From Xylographa opegraphella (lineage: Eukaryota), in the NCBI GenBank assembly GCA_022813865.1, contig JALDZX010000042.1, positions 1-64,000 of the forward strand: DNA of 64,000 bases. Reading direction: 5' to 3'. Position numbers and translations under genes: made by a program. Positions 1 through 12,426 of the stretch are shown one piece after another. Within the stretch, counting starts at the first letter, position 1. Every line of letters begins with the position of its first letter. A model generated the notes under the pieces. The model made no database searches and was not told the DNA's origin. It worked only from the letters and a program-made list of their open reading frames with translations.

Positions 1-33
1 CCCCCCCCCATCCCCCCTCTCCCATCCCCCATC

Positions 34-486
34 TCACCTCCCCCCCTCCCCCTCCTCCAAAACCTCCCCAACACCCCACCACCCCACCCCCGGCCGCGGC
101 TCCAACACGCCCACGACACTATCCCCAAACACGGCCCTCTCCTCCTCGCGCTCCTCGATGCTGAAGCACGAGCTGCGCCGCCGATCGGTGCTGCGGCAGG
201 AAGATGCGAAGCTGTGGGTGCGCGGCGTGTAGAAGGCGGACGCGGACTGGGCGAGTATTTCGGCGAGGGAGGAGGGCGCGCTGAGGGTGGAGCGGAAGGT
301 GGCTGTCGAGGCGGTGGAGGGGGAGCGGGAGGGGCGGGTGTGGAAGGGGGAGGGGGGGGTGGTTGTGAGGGGGTGGGGGGTGGTGGTGAAGGGGTTGGTG
401 GTGAAGGGGTTGGTGGTTGAGAAGAGGGGGCGGGTGGCTGTTGTGGTGGTTTTCGTGGCTGTGGTGGTGGGGTGTGGGGAGGGCAT
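34..486 (-). CDS. Small hypothetical protein (~150 aa), Thr/Pro/Ser-rich N-terminus
   Basis: ATG at 486 in ORF 34..810, preceded by a pyrimidine-rich 5' region; C-terminus ERAVFGDSVVGVLEPRP..GVGEVLEE looks protein-like; no family recognised. Confidence 0.45.
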   Translation of the reverse strand: MPSPHPTTTATKTTTTATRPLFSTTNPFTTNPFTTTPHPLTTTPPSPFHTRPSRSPSTASTATFRSTLSAPSSLAEILAQSASAFYTPRTHSFASSCRSTDRRRSSCFSIEEREEERAVFGDSVVGVLEPRPGVGWWGVGEVLEEGEGGR

Positions 487-3400
487 GATGGCGAGATGTG
501 GTGTCGTGGTCGGGATGGTGGTTGGCGATAGGAGAGGTGTGTGTGCTTCTTGTAGGGCGGAGGGCGGTGGATGCTGGGTCGCTCGTCGTGCGAGCGAGTG
601 GCTGGAGAGGGGCGCACAGGGCCTGCCTGCGTGTTTGGTGTTCCTTCCTGAGCTTTGCTTCCTTCGTGCAAGATGGCCGCGACGGGGTGGTGAGTGTGGT
701 TTCGCTTCGCCGGTCAAGGTCTCTCCGAGAGAAGTCGAGGTGTCGACTACGCCTGTTCGCGCGCCCGAGAGGAAGCGTCCGTTCGCGTTCGTTTGGGGGA
801 TAAAGAACAAAGAAAAAGAGAGAGCGCGGGTGAGAGAGGAAAAGAGAAATGGGATTTCGCTGTGGAAAGAGTTCCCGTGTAGCGAGATTCAAGAAAAGCG
901 GTCCTTGTCGTCAGCTAATGCCCAGCACGTAATAATAAAGCCCGCAATCAATGCGAGGGCGGGAAGGGGATCCTAGAAGATTGAAAGGGAAGGCCGGGGG
1001 GAAGGATGAAATGTCGTGAGCTGGCACGGTTTCACACCCAAAAGAAATACGCGGTCGAGCTGATGAAACCCGCAACTCGGGGGGGGGGGAGAAGCGGTGG
1101 GCGCATTGATATATAGGAAATCTCGCCTTTTTTTTCGTCGCTGGGGCTTTTGCTTTTTTCCCAGAAAAAGCGACCGGCGTTGAGGGTTTGCCAACCTTGC
1201 TCTCTCGGTGTTGGGGGCTGGAGATGGCTGGTGACCAACATTCGTTCTTGTTCGCAACGGCGGGGATCGTTATTGTGAATGAATGGACGAGCGAACGAAT
1301 GGTCGTGTGAAGGGCCCAACAGGAGGGGGGTTTGTTACACGTGAGGAAAGACAGGGGGGGTTTTGAGTGTTTGGGCGGTGTTTGGGTCTTTCGGTGTTAG
1401 CGATCGTCAGATGAGGCGTGGTCGCTGGAGCGGAGATGAAAAGACGGAGGGCCAGTGATTGGTGCGGAGGAGGGGGAAATAACAGGGACGCTGCCGAGGC
1501 GAGGCCTTCGGTCTGGTTACCTTAGTTTGTGTGAGACATTCACACAGAGAGCGAAGGAGAACGATTTCGTGTCGAATGAGACTTCCTCGCGTTTCCCCTC
1601 CGTGCGCAAGACGTTGCTCCCACGCACACCGTGATTGTGATCGTCATCTGCGATGCACAGCTACTGGACCGCACGGCCTTCATACTACCTACGTAACTCT
1701 CACTCACGGCACACGGTGGCGAAGGCTTTCATGCAAACCCAGCTCGTCCCGCTCCCCGGGCTCAAATAGGGGGCGACGCCGGCGATTCAGGTACGTCCAT
1801 AGCGGGCTACACGACCCCGCGCTCGCCCCTATCACCTGCCCGCGAGCGGCATGGACGCCCGAGCATTTTGCATGAACGCATTGGCTGGGTGGGTAAATAG
1901 CGACGTTACATTGAATAGGTATGGTAGGTAGCTCGCAATAGCCAATATCCACATCGCCCAAGCCAGTGCGGTGCAAACATGCCGATAACAAACCCAAGCA
2001 GGCGCGAGGTATTGTTGATTCATGCATGGCCTCGACAGTGGAGTCCACACACAGCGCCCAACAGCCCATCCGAAGACAGTGATCGCTCGTGGGCAGAGCT
2101 CATTCAGCTACTTCGTACCGTGACGATTCACGAAAATAACGGGAACAGGAATTGTAGCACCTTCCCAATCGGGCACTCGCCTCATCGCCAACGCTGGCGC
2201 TCAAACACAACGTGCAACAAGCCCCCCGCCCCGGGCGCAAAAGCGACCGTATCGCTGTCCCCTCACCCGTGCGTGGAAACAGCGTGCCCGGGCTGATGGG
2301 TGGGGTTTCGCTTCGTCTGCGGCTTTGTGGCCGCGTTTGGTTTGCTCAAAAGGCACTGGCTGCGATTTGGGGCCATCGGTCACGGCGGGGTGGGCTGCTG
2401 TGAACGGGTTAGGGTTCGGGAGAGGGAGGGATGAAGGACTTGGAAGGGCGGTGTTTGGCGCAGGGACGATGGCTCGTGTTCGTTTTCCAGCACGTACATG
2501 TTTTCTACAGTGCCACTGGATAAGGGCGGCATGGTTCAGAGCGATTTACGAAAGTTTTGTTTCTCGTCCGAGCCGCTTTCACGCCATGGACGCTGATACG
2601 CATGCACTTCTTTCTACGCGAATGGATATGCGGACGAGCAGTCGCCGTTCATTCCTTCCTCCGCAACGGAAACATCTCTCCGCTCGACCCGAACCATCGG
2701 CCATCTTCTTTTCCATGCAATGCATTATGACTGGGCTATCTTTTTTCCTGCAGCGTGAATCATAACCAGATCACAGAAAAATAACTGCGAACAACAAATC
2801 CCTCGCGGGGACATGCATTTGGTTGACAAGGAGCACTTCAGCGTGACCAGAGCCGGATCCTAATGAGGAGAAAGTCGAGTATCGTGAGTTCGATCCACTT
2901 TCCACATGACCCTGCATTATCTGTGTCGAGCCTGCCGAGATCTGGTCAACCATATTTCGAAGGTGCGCCATAAATCGCGATTGGGCCTCGGGTGCAAGTC
3001 GCGCTTATGGGGTTCCCACAGTGTCCCAGCATCGTTTTGCCAATTGACGATCTGCTGGCAGGCTCCAACGAGTTGTCTACTGTCGAAAGGATCTCATTCT
3101 GCTGGCCAAAGTATTATTTGATCATGTAAAATGCTCAAAATCCGGCCAGGTCTGATCTAAGCGCCTCGAAGCTAAAATATGATGATGGCCAAGCCCTCCG
3201 ATAATGACGCAGTTCCTCCATCTCTTCGCATTGTAATGTGAGGCGTGGTTGAGACCATTGGTATTGATCCATAGTGGAATCGGCTTTCATTGAAAGAGAT
3301 CTTGACGTTTATCACCGTCAAGACTCTTTTTCTTCCAGCGACCAAGTATTGTGTTTCTAGGCGAAGCATAAAGGCTCCCAAGATGTTCTCGGTCCGTCTG

Positions 3401-4791
3401 CATGTTCCTGACAAAGTCGGGTGAAATCTGCCTGGCTTCTGAGCTGGAAAGATGTTTTGTATATTCAGAGTATTGAATTGCCCTGCTCAGATTGGCCCAC
3501 GATTGCTGTTAACAGACTTGGCAATCACATAACAGAACCGTTAAAGGTATATACTGTTTGAACTGAGATTGGTCTGGTTCTGTTTGCAGTTCGTAAACTG
3601 ATTAATGTTCACGAAAAAATATTGTGACTTGTGAGATCTGCGAACCTCCTCAGGAATTCGAATTTCGTTCAAATTAACCCACGCATTTCATGTGTATGCA
3701 TGTATAAAATTGGATAACGGAATGAGGAAGTGAGGAGTTGCCTGCAGGAAACAGGCGCTTTCCAAGGTATGAGATCGATCCCGTGATATTTCGCTAGTAG
3801 GGCTTGGTGAACGTGAATGATCAGTAAGAAAGCATCGCCATACACGAACACAGGGACGGCTAAGGCCTCAAACGTGATCCTTTAGAGTCACTAGCATGAA
3901 GTCTCGGCTCTCATTACATGGAGACCCCTTCCATATGTCCTATGTAATCTTCTTACCATCATCTCTCACACTTCTTGCTGTTGCCCCACCTGCGTGACCT
4001 GGTATCGGTACGACCTTGTCTCCCTCTGCAAAGCCCAGGTTTTTGAAGTCGTCCGGAAGCATTAGATTACTATATTTGGAAGATTGTATTAGCCACTACT
4101 TCAGCCATCACTTATGCTATGATTGAGTCTCGAAGATGATACAGCAGTCAAGAGGCTCTAGAGAACCAAAAGAACACTGACTGCTCCATCCTGCACCTCA
4201 GGTATTCCTTCGCAATCATGCGGCATTCATTATCATTCAGGCCTCTCATTCTCCTCACACAGCGGAGGTAGTCACCGATGATGGGTTTGCATTCTCCTGC
4301 AGACCAATGTCAGAACTCAATCTCCATCCTTGCGACTTTCGAAGGCGACTTACCATCATGATCGAGTGGGAAGGAACCGCGCTCCGGACTAGGTTGCAGA
4401 CATCAGTACGCTGACCTGTCAAGCAAGAAACAGAAACATAAGCGTGAGACGTACGGAGCCGGCTTCTGAGCTTTCTGACCACCACCTGGTCCACCAAAAC
4501 TCATGGTTTGGACGTAACTGAAGGAGAGTTGTGGTGGAGATAGAGTTCGGGGATAATGAGAAGCGAGAATGCATCTACAGGGGGAGCTGCAGGGAGATCT
4601 ACCACTAAAATGATCGGGGATGCGGGGAGGGTGACCAGGCCTTTATGACTGTGATATGACGGCAGTTATGCAGCGGATGAGGCCTGTAGTGGTTCGCACG
4701 TCGTCCAGACATCACATCTATTCTTGTGAGCTCAGATTGAACATATCGCTGCAGTTTGAACAATTGAGCACAGATACCGTATTCTGACACA

Positions 4792-5399
4792 ATGCCTATG
4801 TACGCTATACATCCACTGGGTCATCCATATTCTCACTAAAGGTACACGTACAGGAAACTTGAAGGCACCTGCCAATGTGGCGGAGTGGAGTTCACCTTGC
4901 AATCCAATACTCCCGTCCCTTATCAGCTCTGCGCCTGTGGTATCTGCCGTAAAGTATGCGGTTACAGTGGCTCGGTCAATCTGGGTGGCATCGCAGACAC
5001 TTTGAAGATCCAGAAAGGAGAGGGTTTGATCAAGTAAATCTCCAGTTCTACGATTTTACTCCACTCCGGCTTAATAGCTAAGTACCAATCATTAGAAAGT
5101 ACGTGGCTATCAAGGATCGAGGCAAGCCTCAAGAGAGTAAATGCTCTTCGGAGCGCTCTTTTTGCTCCAATTGCTCCACGATGCTGTGGTTGTGGGATCA
5201 TCACTGGCCAGGGCTGATCCACCCATTTGCATCTGCTATTGATACCGAGCTGCCAGCGCCGGAGGAAATGGTTTGCGTGCTAGGAAATAGCAAGCCCACG
5301 TGGGTGAGGTGGCCAGAAGGGAAGAAGCAGGTGCATGAAGCTTATGGGGAGGATAGTCTGGAAGGGTGGCATAAAAAACATGGAGTCTATGTGGACTAA
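4792..5399 (+). CDS. GFA / Mss4-like (CENP-V/GFA) zinc-binding protein
   Basis: Spliced by hand (introns 4800-4853 and ~5034-5096): MPMKLEGTCQCGGVEFTL...LCACGICRK...RSFCSNCSTMLW; CxCGxV, CxCxxCRK and FCxxC are GFA motifs. Confidence 0.85.
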
Positions 5400-5805
5400 A
5401 GATGGTACGCTCAGGGAGTCATGCAGCTGACGTTAATGGTGTCAATAAATAAAGACAGAAGAAGTTTCTCCTATGTCGAGCTCTCCCTTGAAGATGAAGA
5501 TCGTTGTGAATGTCCTTCAAAAAGAGTAAAAGAGAAATAAAATCAAACCTACGGCTAACAACAGCGAGGATCATACCCGAAAGCAAAAGCTCACTACCGA
5601 AGTCCCTACGGAACTCTCCCCAACAGGGATGAGGGTCATTGTTTGCTCTATGTGGGAAGGAAAGTTGAGGAACCTTTGACCTGAGCACCGGTGTGATCGC
5701 CAAGCGCCTCCCGACAGCAAAACTTCTCATTATTAATTATATACCGATGCTGCTTCACATAGACATGCTAAGCACTTCTGGTACTGACGCACCCGCGCTC
5801 ATTTG

Positions 5806-5939
5806 TACCTACTTCCCTTGCACCTTCATTCTCTTGCGCCTACATTCTCTTGCACCTACATTCTCTTGCACCTACGTTCTCTTGCACCTACGTTCTCTTG
5901 CACCTACATTCTCTTGCACCTATGTTCCCTTGCATCTAC
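5806..5939. repeat. Minisatellite, ~8 x 16 bp (CACCTACATTCTCTTG)
   Basis: Head-to-tail units at 5821, 5837, 5853, 5869, 5885, 5901 and 5917 plus degenerate flanks; no spacers. Confidence 0.95.
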
Positions 5940-7359
5940 CTCGTATCCTGGAGATGCTCACTGGTTTGTGATATACAAGTATATACATAATCATGCCTGT
6001 ATTCAAGGTCTGCAATATCAATATGTACATACATACTCATACATTGACCTGTTGCAGTAAGCACGCAGTTCGAAACAGTGCTACTATTGAGGCATGTCGA
6101 TTGGACCATACTACTGATATTTCACACCATGTGATGGAGTCCTCCCGTTGAAACCTATGAAAGCAACTGTCTAATAAAGTGATAGACATGCTTGTAATTT
6201 GAGGCCGCAGGATCAGAGTCACTTATCCGGCATTCAATTATCAGGCCAACGAGTACGCGGTAAGCTGACTCAAATTGTCTCGAGACGGACAGCATACGTC
6301 TGTAGTCTTTGAACGTACTATCAAGCACCAAGGTATTCTCAGCAGGCCCCTTTGCTGATTATCATAGTTCCTATGGCCTAGGCTAGGAAAGCGCAGCCTT
6401 GACGCTTTTGAGCATGACAGCCTTTACGGCGATGTTTCACGCTGGGACTCCGCTTACTTTACCGCCTTTGGATCTGGACTACACTGATGCGTAACACTTG
6501 CTTGGAAAGCTCATAACAACAGCTGGTAATCCATGGAGCTCTATGAGTTGTCATCTGACAGACACCAGCCGCTTGCCTTACGCTCTCAGACGATTCGACT
6601 AAAGCATAACGCAAAACCGGTTCTAATTCGGTAGCGGCTGTTGCTGGTGAGTATCCTGTAGACTAGCCATAATAATGAGTCATCATGTTGCGATCAGATT
6701 TATTCTTCTACTTGGTCTGGAGTTCCAGCGAACTGGGAGACTGGATAGATTAGATTCTCATCTTATCTTATCTTTGCCACCCACTGCCGTTGAGATGAGC
6801 TATCATCAGCGACTTGTCCTAGGTAAGTTAGCGACCATATAGAGCAGGACTACCTTAGATGGCTCGGGCTTCGGGCAAGCCACCTCCTAGATGTCGGGTT
6901 TCCCATTTTCCGACACTAGAATAACATTCCGAAACGCATTCGCATCGGATCTCTGCACCGCCATGAGTGCAGAGTTAGTGCTCAGGCTGCTACAGTGTCG
7001 AGCTTGTTGATATCGAGTTCCTGGCCAAGAGAACCACACTGCATCAACAAGATTATGTAGATAAGCTTCAATTACATATCAACTACGGAATCAATACTTC
7101 CGCATGGTCATTGTCCCTTCGCTGTGGCGAATAAAAAGCTCAACAAGGACGGGGCCGACAGCGGCACGGGTTATAAGATCGTCACGGATTGTCTAGTAGA
7201 GATCTCCGTACAATATATCTCAGTCAAGGGAATTCATATAAAAGGACTAGGTTGTATATCGTCCATATAATAATGTTTCTCCCCAAGAACAAGAATTAAT
7301 CTTTGTCCTGTCTCCCTCTTCATCAGAATTGTATCTATTGCATCGAGTCGCTACCAACC

Positions 7360-9018
7360 ATGTCCTGTGACATACGGGTCCCCGTTCTAATCATAGGAGG
7401 TGGCATCGTCGGCCTCTCCGCCTCGCTCTGCCTCTCCCATTATGGCATACACTCGCTGCTCATCGAGCGCCACTCGGGGACATCAATCCACCCGCGCGCG
7501 CGGAGCGTCAATTCACGAACTATGGAGCTCTTCCGTCACCTCGGAATCGAAGACCGTGTTCGCGAAGCCGGTGCTTCGATATCGGCCAGCATGGGTATAT
7601 TCTCTGGTCATTCACTTAGAGAAGTTATTGAAAGTAAACCGCGCAAAGAAGGTCCTAGAAAATTCCCTCTTGCTGGGTTGGCTGCGCCAATAAGTCCAGC
7701 GGTCGGAACGTTTGTTACCCAGGATATGATTGAACCGGTCCTTGTAGACGTTGCCAGGGAACGTGGGGGTGATGTGAGGTTCTATAGGGAATGTCTTGGC
7801 GTTGAGCAAGATGGTGATAGTGTGACGGCTACCTTGAAGGATCGGGAGAGTGGTTCAATTTCGACAGTTCGAGCAAACTACCTAATAGCCGCCGATGGAG
7901 CAGGGAGTCCGATCCGCACTCAACTCAACGTCCCGATAACAGGCCGAGGCACGATGGGATACCTTCTCAACATCCTTTTCCACGCGGATCTTAAATCTCT
8001 TGTCCAGGGACGCGAATTCTCTCTTTGTATGGTCGAACGCCAGGAAGTGTGTGGCTTATTTACATCCATCAACAATAGCGATCGCTGGGTCTTCCACCTA
8101 TCATATGACCCATCGAGAGGCGAGAAAGCCTCGGATTTTTCAGCCGAGAGATGCACAGAGTTGCTACGACTTGCATTAGGCATACCAGAAGTTGAGATCG
8201 ATATCAGGAGTATTCTCCCCTGGGAACCAGCTGTACGAATTGCAGAGCGTTTGCAACATGAGCGTATTTTCCTCGCCGGTGACGCAGCACATCAGATGCC
8301 GCCATGGGCTGGACAAGGTGCGAATTCAGGTATCGCAGACGTTTACAACCTTTCCTGGAAACTCGCTGCGGTTCTGAAAGGAGTTGCAAAAACGGCCTTG
8401 CTGAACACATATGATGTGGAACGAGTCCCTGTGGGACGGGTGGCTGCTGAGGTATCAGCGGACGCAGCTGATGAGAGAGGGATTATAATGACAAAGAGGA
8501 ACTTGGCGTTTGTAACGGGATTGTTGAGGCGAGCACCAATACTATCGGGACATGGCTATTGTTACACGAGTGAGGCAATTTGCGCGGAAGATACTTCTCC
8601 GCTTGGTGGAATAACCTGGAGACCATGGACGGTGCCGAGCCTCTTCCTGTCTATTGATGGGAGACCTGGACGCAGGGTACCGCATGTATGGGTCGAGCAT
8701 CAGGGGAAACGGATCTCTATCCTCGATTTGTGCGGCAAGAGCTTTGTGCTACTGACCGGAGCGGAGGGTGCACCATGGTCGGAGGCTGCAAAGAAAGTAT
8801 CTTCTGTTCTCGGCGTCGATGTGGCCGCATATTGCGCAGGACCAGAAGGAGATGTTGTTTGTTCCAAGGGTGAGTTCGAATCTGCTGCGGGGATATCCTC
8901 ACAAGGCGCTATACTTGTACGCCCAGATGACTTCGTAGCATGGCGCCAAAGGAGACAACCGTTCGACCATCGGACCGAACTTGAGCAGGCGGTGAGGCAG
9001 GCGTCGTGTCTACCTTGA
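7360..9018 (+). CDS. FAD-dependent aromatic monooxygenase (FAD_binding_3; PheA/TfdB/RdmE-like), intronless
   Basis: VLIIGGGIVGL, LIAADGAGSPIR, RIFLAGDAAHQMPPWAGQGANSGIAD and C-terminal GAILVRPDDFVAWR; first ATG at 7360. Confidence 0.93.
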   Translation: MSCDIRVPVLIIGGGIVGLSASLCLSHYGIHSLLIERHSGTSIHPRARSVNSRTMELFRHLGIEDRVREAGASISASMGIFSGHSLREVIESKPRKEGPRKFPLAGLAAPISPAVGTFVTQDMIEPVLVDVARERGGDVRFYRECLGVEQDGDSVTATLKDRESGSISTVRANYLIAADGAGSPIRTQLNVPITGRGTMGYLLNILFHADLKSLVQGREFSLCMVERQEVCGLFTSINNSDRWVFHLSYDPSRGEKASDFSAERCTELLRLALGIPEVEIDIRSILPWEPAVRIAERLQHERIFLAGDAAHQMPPWAGQGANSGIADVYNLSWKLAAVLKGVAKTALLNTYDVERVPVGRVAAEVSADAADERGIIMTKRNLAFVTGLLRRAPILSGHGYCYTSEAICAEDTSPLGGITWRPWTVPSLFLSIDGRPGRRVPHVWVEHQGKRISILDLCGKSFVLLTGAEGAPWSEAAKKVSSVLGVDVAAYCAGPEGDVVCSKGEFESAAGISSQGAILVRPDDFVAWRQRRQPFDHRTELEQAVRQASCLP

Positions 9019-10026
9019 TGCGGACACTTCGTTAGTCAGAGATCACACTACGACGATGATTTTTGTGACACCAAACAATAATAGGACCGGTTCATCACTC
9101 CAAGGTTCAGTTCAAATCTGGGGATATCTTTACTCCTCGTTTGCGGAACGCTCGGTAGTTGAAACTTCGTTCGATAGAGAACATGAACCATGATGCAACA
9201 AATCCAATATCAAGGAATAACAGTCGGCATAATCAACGTTGGATCCAAGCCGAGAATGGCGAGTACATTTCGAACATTCGGAATCTGAATAACGAAATGA
9301 AACATTTACCCGACTGTTGGTAATTCATCGGATTCTTGGTAACCTAGCCATCGGAAGTTTTCGTTAAATGCTATGGAACACGACGTGCTGGCCACCGCTC
9401 AACATTTGCTCCACGCGTCAACGGCGTGTGGGGTAAATGATTGGCCATACTTGAATGAAGTGGTTCACGCCAATGCTACATTACGTGATGTTTATGCATC
9501 CTCCCGAACCACGTGTTTATTCGGAAACCATGGTTTTATTGGCGGCGTTGCCCGATGCTTCCCCTTATGTGATCTGTAGTAATGCTCCTCTGATCTGCGC
9601 ATACATTACGGTTCTGTTACCTAAAGGTGCTCCTGCCTTTTGGAGTTCGAAACTTGAATTATTTACTATGTCGATATGTGCTTTGTTTGAAGTCACAAGA
9701 TCACAATGCTCGAGGTTGGTGCTTACTGGGAAGGAAATTGTGTACGAGGGCATGAAGAAGTGGCTTGGATTATACGAGCATGAAGGTGTACGAGGGCCCG
9801 GAAGATTTACCAAGCTTGTGTTACTCCTACAAGGACAAAGGCGAGAGACCTCGGACATGTTTGCTCTCGGCTCCCAAGCCATGCTTGACCTGCTATATAA
9901 CTGGGTCCTGCCCGAAGAGTTCCTCAATTCTTATCACGCTCAACTTCACTTCCGTCTGTTGTATATTCTTCTGATACACTAACAAATACAAACTGTCTAT
10001 AAGAATCTTTGTCTCTCAAGACCACA

Positions 10027-10501
10027 ATGCAGTTCTCCTCTTTCCTGTTGGCCGCATTGGCGAGCATCGCCGCTGCAGCTCCTTTAGACTCCAGCATGTC
10101 CTCCAGCTCATGGACCATGAAGTCGTTCACTCGCACATGCCCCAACACTGGAACCTGCAAGTACGCCTACAGCATCTATGACGGCATGACCACCACTCCC
10201 TGCAGCTACACTGTCAAGGCTGCCAATGCCAGCACAGCTACATACGGCCCAGAGACCTGTGGCACATTCACCATTACCTCCTCCTGGAGTGGGCAGTTTG
10301 GGCCTGGTAATGGCTTTCAGGTGCTCGCCGTCAAAGGCGAAGCGTAAGTTACACACTTTCTTGCTTCAGGCGTGCAATAGAGAATGCTTCTGACGACTCT
10401 TGCAAAGCTCTGTCATCTATCCAGGATACACCGACAAGCAGCTCGCGAGTGGTGTTACGGTGACACCAGACCAGAGCTACACCCCACAAGCATCAACCTA
10501 A
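10027..10501 (+). CDS. Small secreted protein with 4 Cys (fungal 'surface protein 1'-like family, candidate effector)
   Basis: Signal peptide MQFSSFLLAALASIAAAAP; intron 10344-10407; WSGQFGPGNGF and IYPGYTDKQLA..V.PDQSY motifs; TATA-like sequence near 9895. Confidence 0.85.
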
Positions 10502-11185
10502 GTGGTGGAAAGTGTTGCGAAAGAACAGCGCAAAAAGGTCGATGTTTTAGGAAGTACAGGTTCGGGGAATGTTTCGGGCTCGAGATCGAGACGATAGTCA
10601 CACTCATTTTGCAAGAGCATCAGTATGCGCATTGGCTTTCTGCAGGTAAATTCGACTTTACTGGGCATGGAAATGAGTCTTATATGTAGATGGACGCACA
10701 TAACTACTATAAATAGCCCAACGGATGTTCAACTACAACTTGTGCATCAAAGTGGCTGACTGTGGCTGATTTTCATGTATTTCAAATACGTCACTTCTCA
10801 TTGGCTGAGTGCTGAGCTTGGCGGCTGAAAATAGTCGCTTCGGATCCTTTGGCGTGGCGCAAAGCCATTTTGGCCCGGTACGTAATTGGAAATGTCTTCG
10901 ATCATCTGATGGGGACCACCAATTTTCTCCATCTTCGCTCTTTCTCTGCAACAGGTGTTTTGCATTATTTCGCCTCGCCCACTGGTATCGGCTTGCCTTT
11001 ACGCTCCCTCGGTCATCAAATCGGTGCCACGAAAGGCTGAAGAGACGAAGCACGTGAGCACTAAGAGCACATCAATAAGCCCTAATTCCGCAGTTCATTA
11101 TTTTTGGGAATATCTGCTCAGTAGTACTTTCCTACATATCTGATACGTATATACCCATATTTGTTCTTTGCTTTGTATTTGTACT

Positions 11186-12426
11186 ATGGCTACCGCGACT
11201 CGGAGTGTTCCGTTCAGCTTGATCCTGTCCTACATCCTTGACTGGATCATTATTGCGTATGCATTCTGGAATAGAAGACAAAATACAGAACTGACAGACT
11301 TACAGACTCATCGCTGTTGCTGGTGCGCTTTTCACTCTTACCACGCCGAATCACCACCCTTTCTCGCCCACAGATCCCAGCATTGCGTACCCTTATGTTG
11401 TCAATGAGAAAGTCTCGACAAGTACGCTCGTGCTCGTCTCACTCGTGGCACCAGGCATCATCACAGCACTAGTATGCCTCATTTTTGCGCCTGGACGCGC
11501 TGCCTCGAGAGATATGCCCGCATCTCTGATCTGGCGGCGCAAACTTTGGGAATGGAACACTGCTTGGATGGGTCTTGGATTAGCGCTTGCTGCTGCCTTC
11601 ATGATCACCGATGGGATGAAGAACTTGTTTGGCAAACCGAGACCTGATTTGCTGGCTCGTTGCGATCCCGATATGGCCAATCTGCAGAATTATGTTGTGG
11701 GAGGATTTGGGACTGCTACCAGTGGTGGCCTTCTTGTTTCGTGGCAGATTTGCAGGCAGACGAATCGATCTATATTGAACGATGGCTTTGCGTCGTTCCC
11801 AAGCGGTCACTCTTCTTGTAAGTTATCTTTGTGAAACTTCCGACAATCAGTGCTGATATCCTCGGTCAGTTTCATGGGCCGGCATGGCATATCTGAGCCT
11901 TTTTCTATGCTCGAAGTTTGCAATAGCAATCCCATACCTCCTTCCCAGTGCATACGGCTCGAGTTCTTCAAGACCGACAGCTGGTGGCCGCCGCTTAGAC
12001 TCCCCACTGGATCACCCCAAGAATCCTTTGCAACCCACGGACCCAACACCCCTATCGAAGATACTACGGTCTCAAGCCGCCGCTCCTCCTACTTACCTCC
12101 TCGTCATCGCCTTCATTCCCATCGGCACGGCCATCTACATCTCCTCCACCCGCTGGTCAGATTTCTATCACCACGGCTTCGACATCATCTTCGGCTCGCT
12201 GATGGGGTTTTTGCTAGCCTGGGGAAGTTTCCGCTGGTATCATGCACCGATCAGGCGAGGGGCTGGCTGGGCGTGGGGTCCGAGGAGCTCGGAAAAGGCG
12301 TGGGGAATTGGGATGGGTGTCCAGGGCTATGCGGGCGAGAGCGAGTGGAAGCGGGGGGATGAGGATTTGGAGCACGGGGGACGAAATGTTAATGAGCAGA
12401 TTGGAGCGGATATGGTTGAGGCCTAG
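11186..12426 (+). CDS. PAP2-superfamily lipid phosphate phosphatase (DPP1/LPP1-like)
   Basis: Catalytic motifs KNLFGKPRPD, SFPSGHSS and SSTRWSDFYHHGFD; several TM segments; introns ~11257-11305 and ~11818-11869. Confidence 0.92.

Noticed and set aside
2771..3860. Possible decayed gene on the - strand
   Set aside because: Short protein-like fragments with stops; no family identifiable without a search
5806..5939. CRISPR-like appearance of the 16-bp repeats
   Set aside because: No spacers, eukaryotic context and no cas genes; a simple minisatellite
9455..9982. 175 aa + strand ORF
   Set aside because: No family motif, and it runs across the TATA and pyrimidine-rich promoter of the small secreted protein; unsupported, though not excluded
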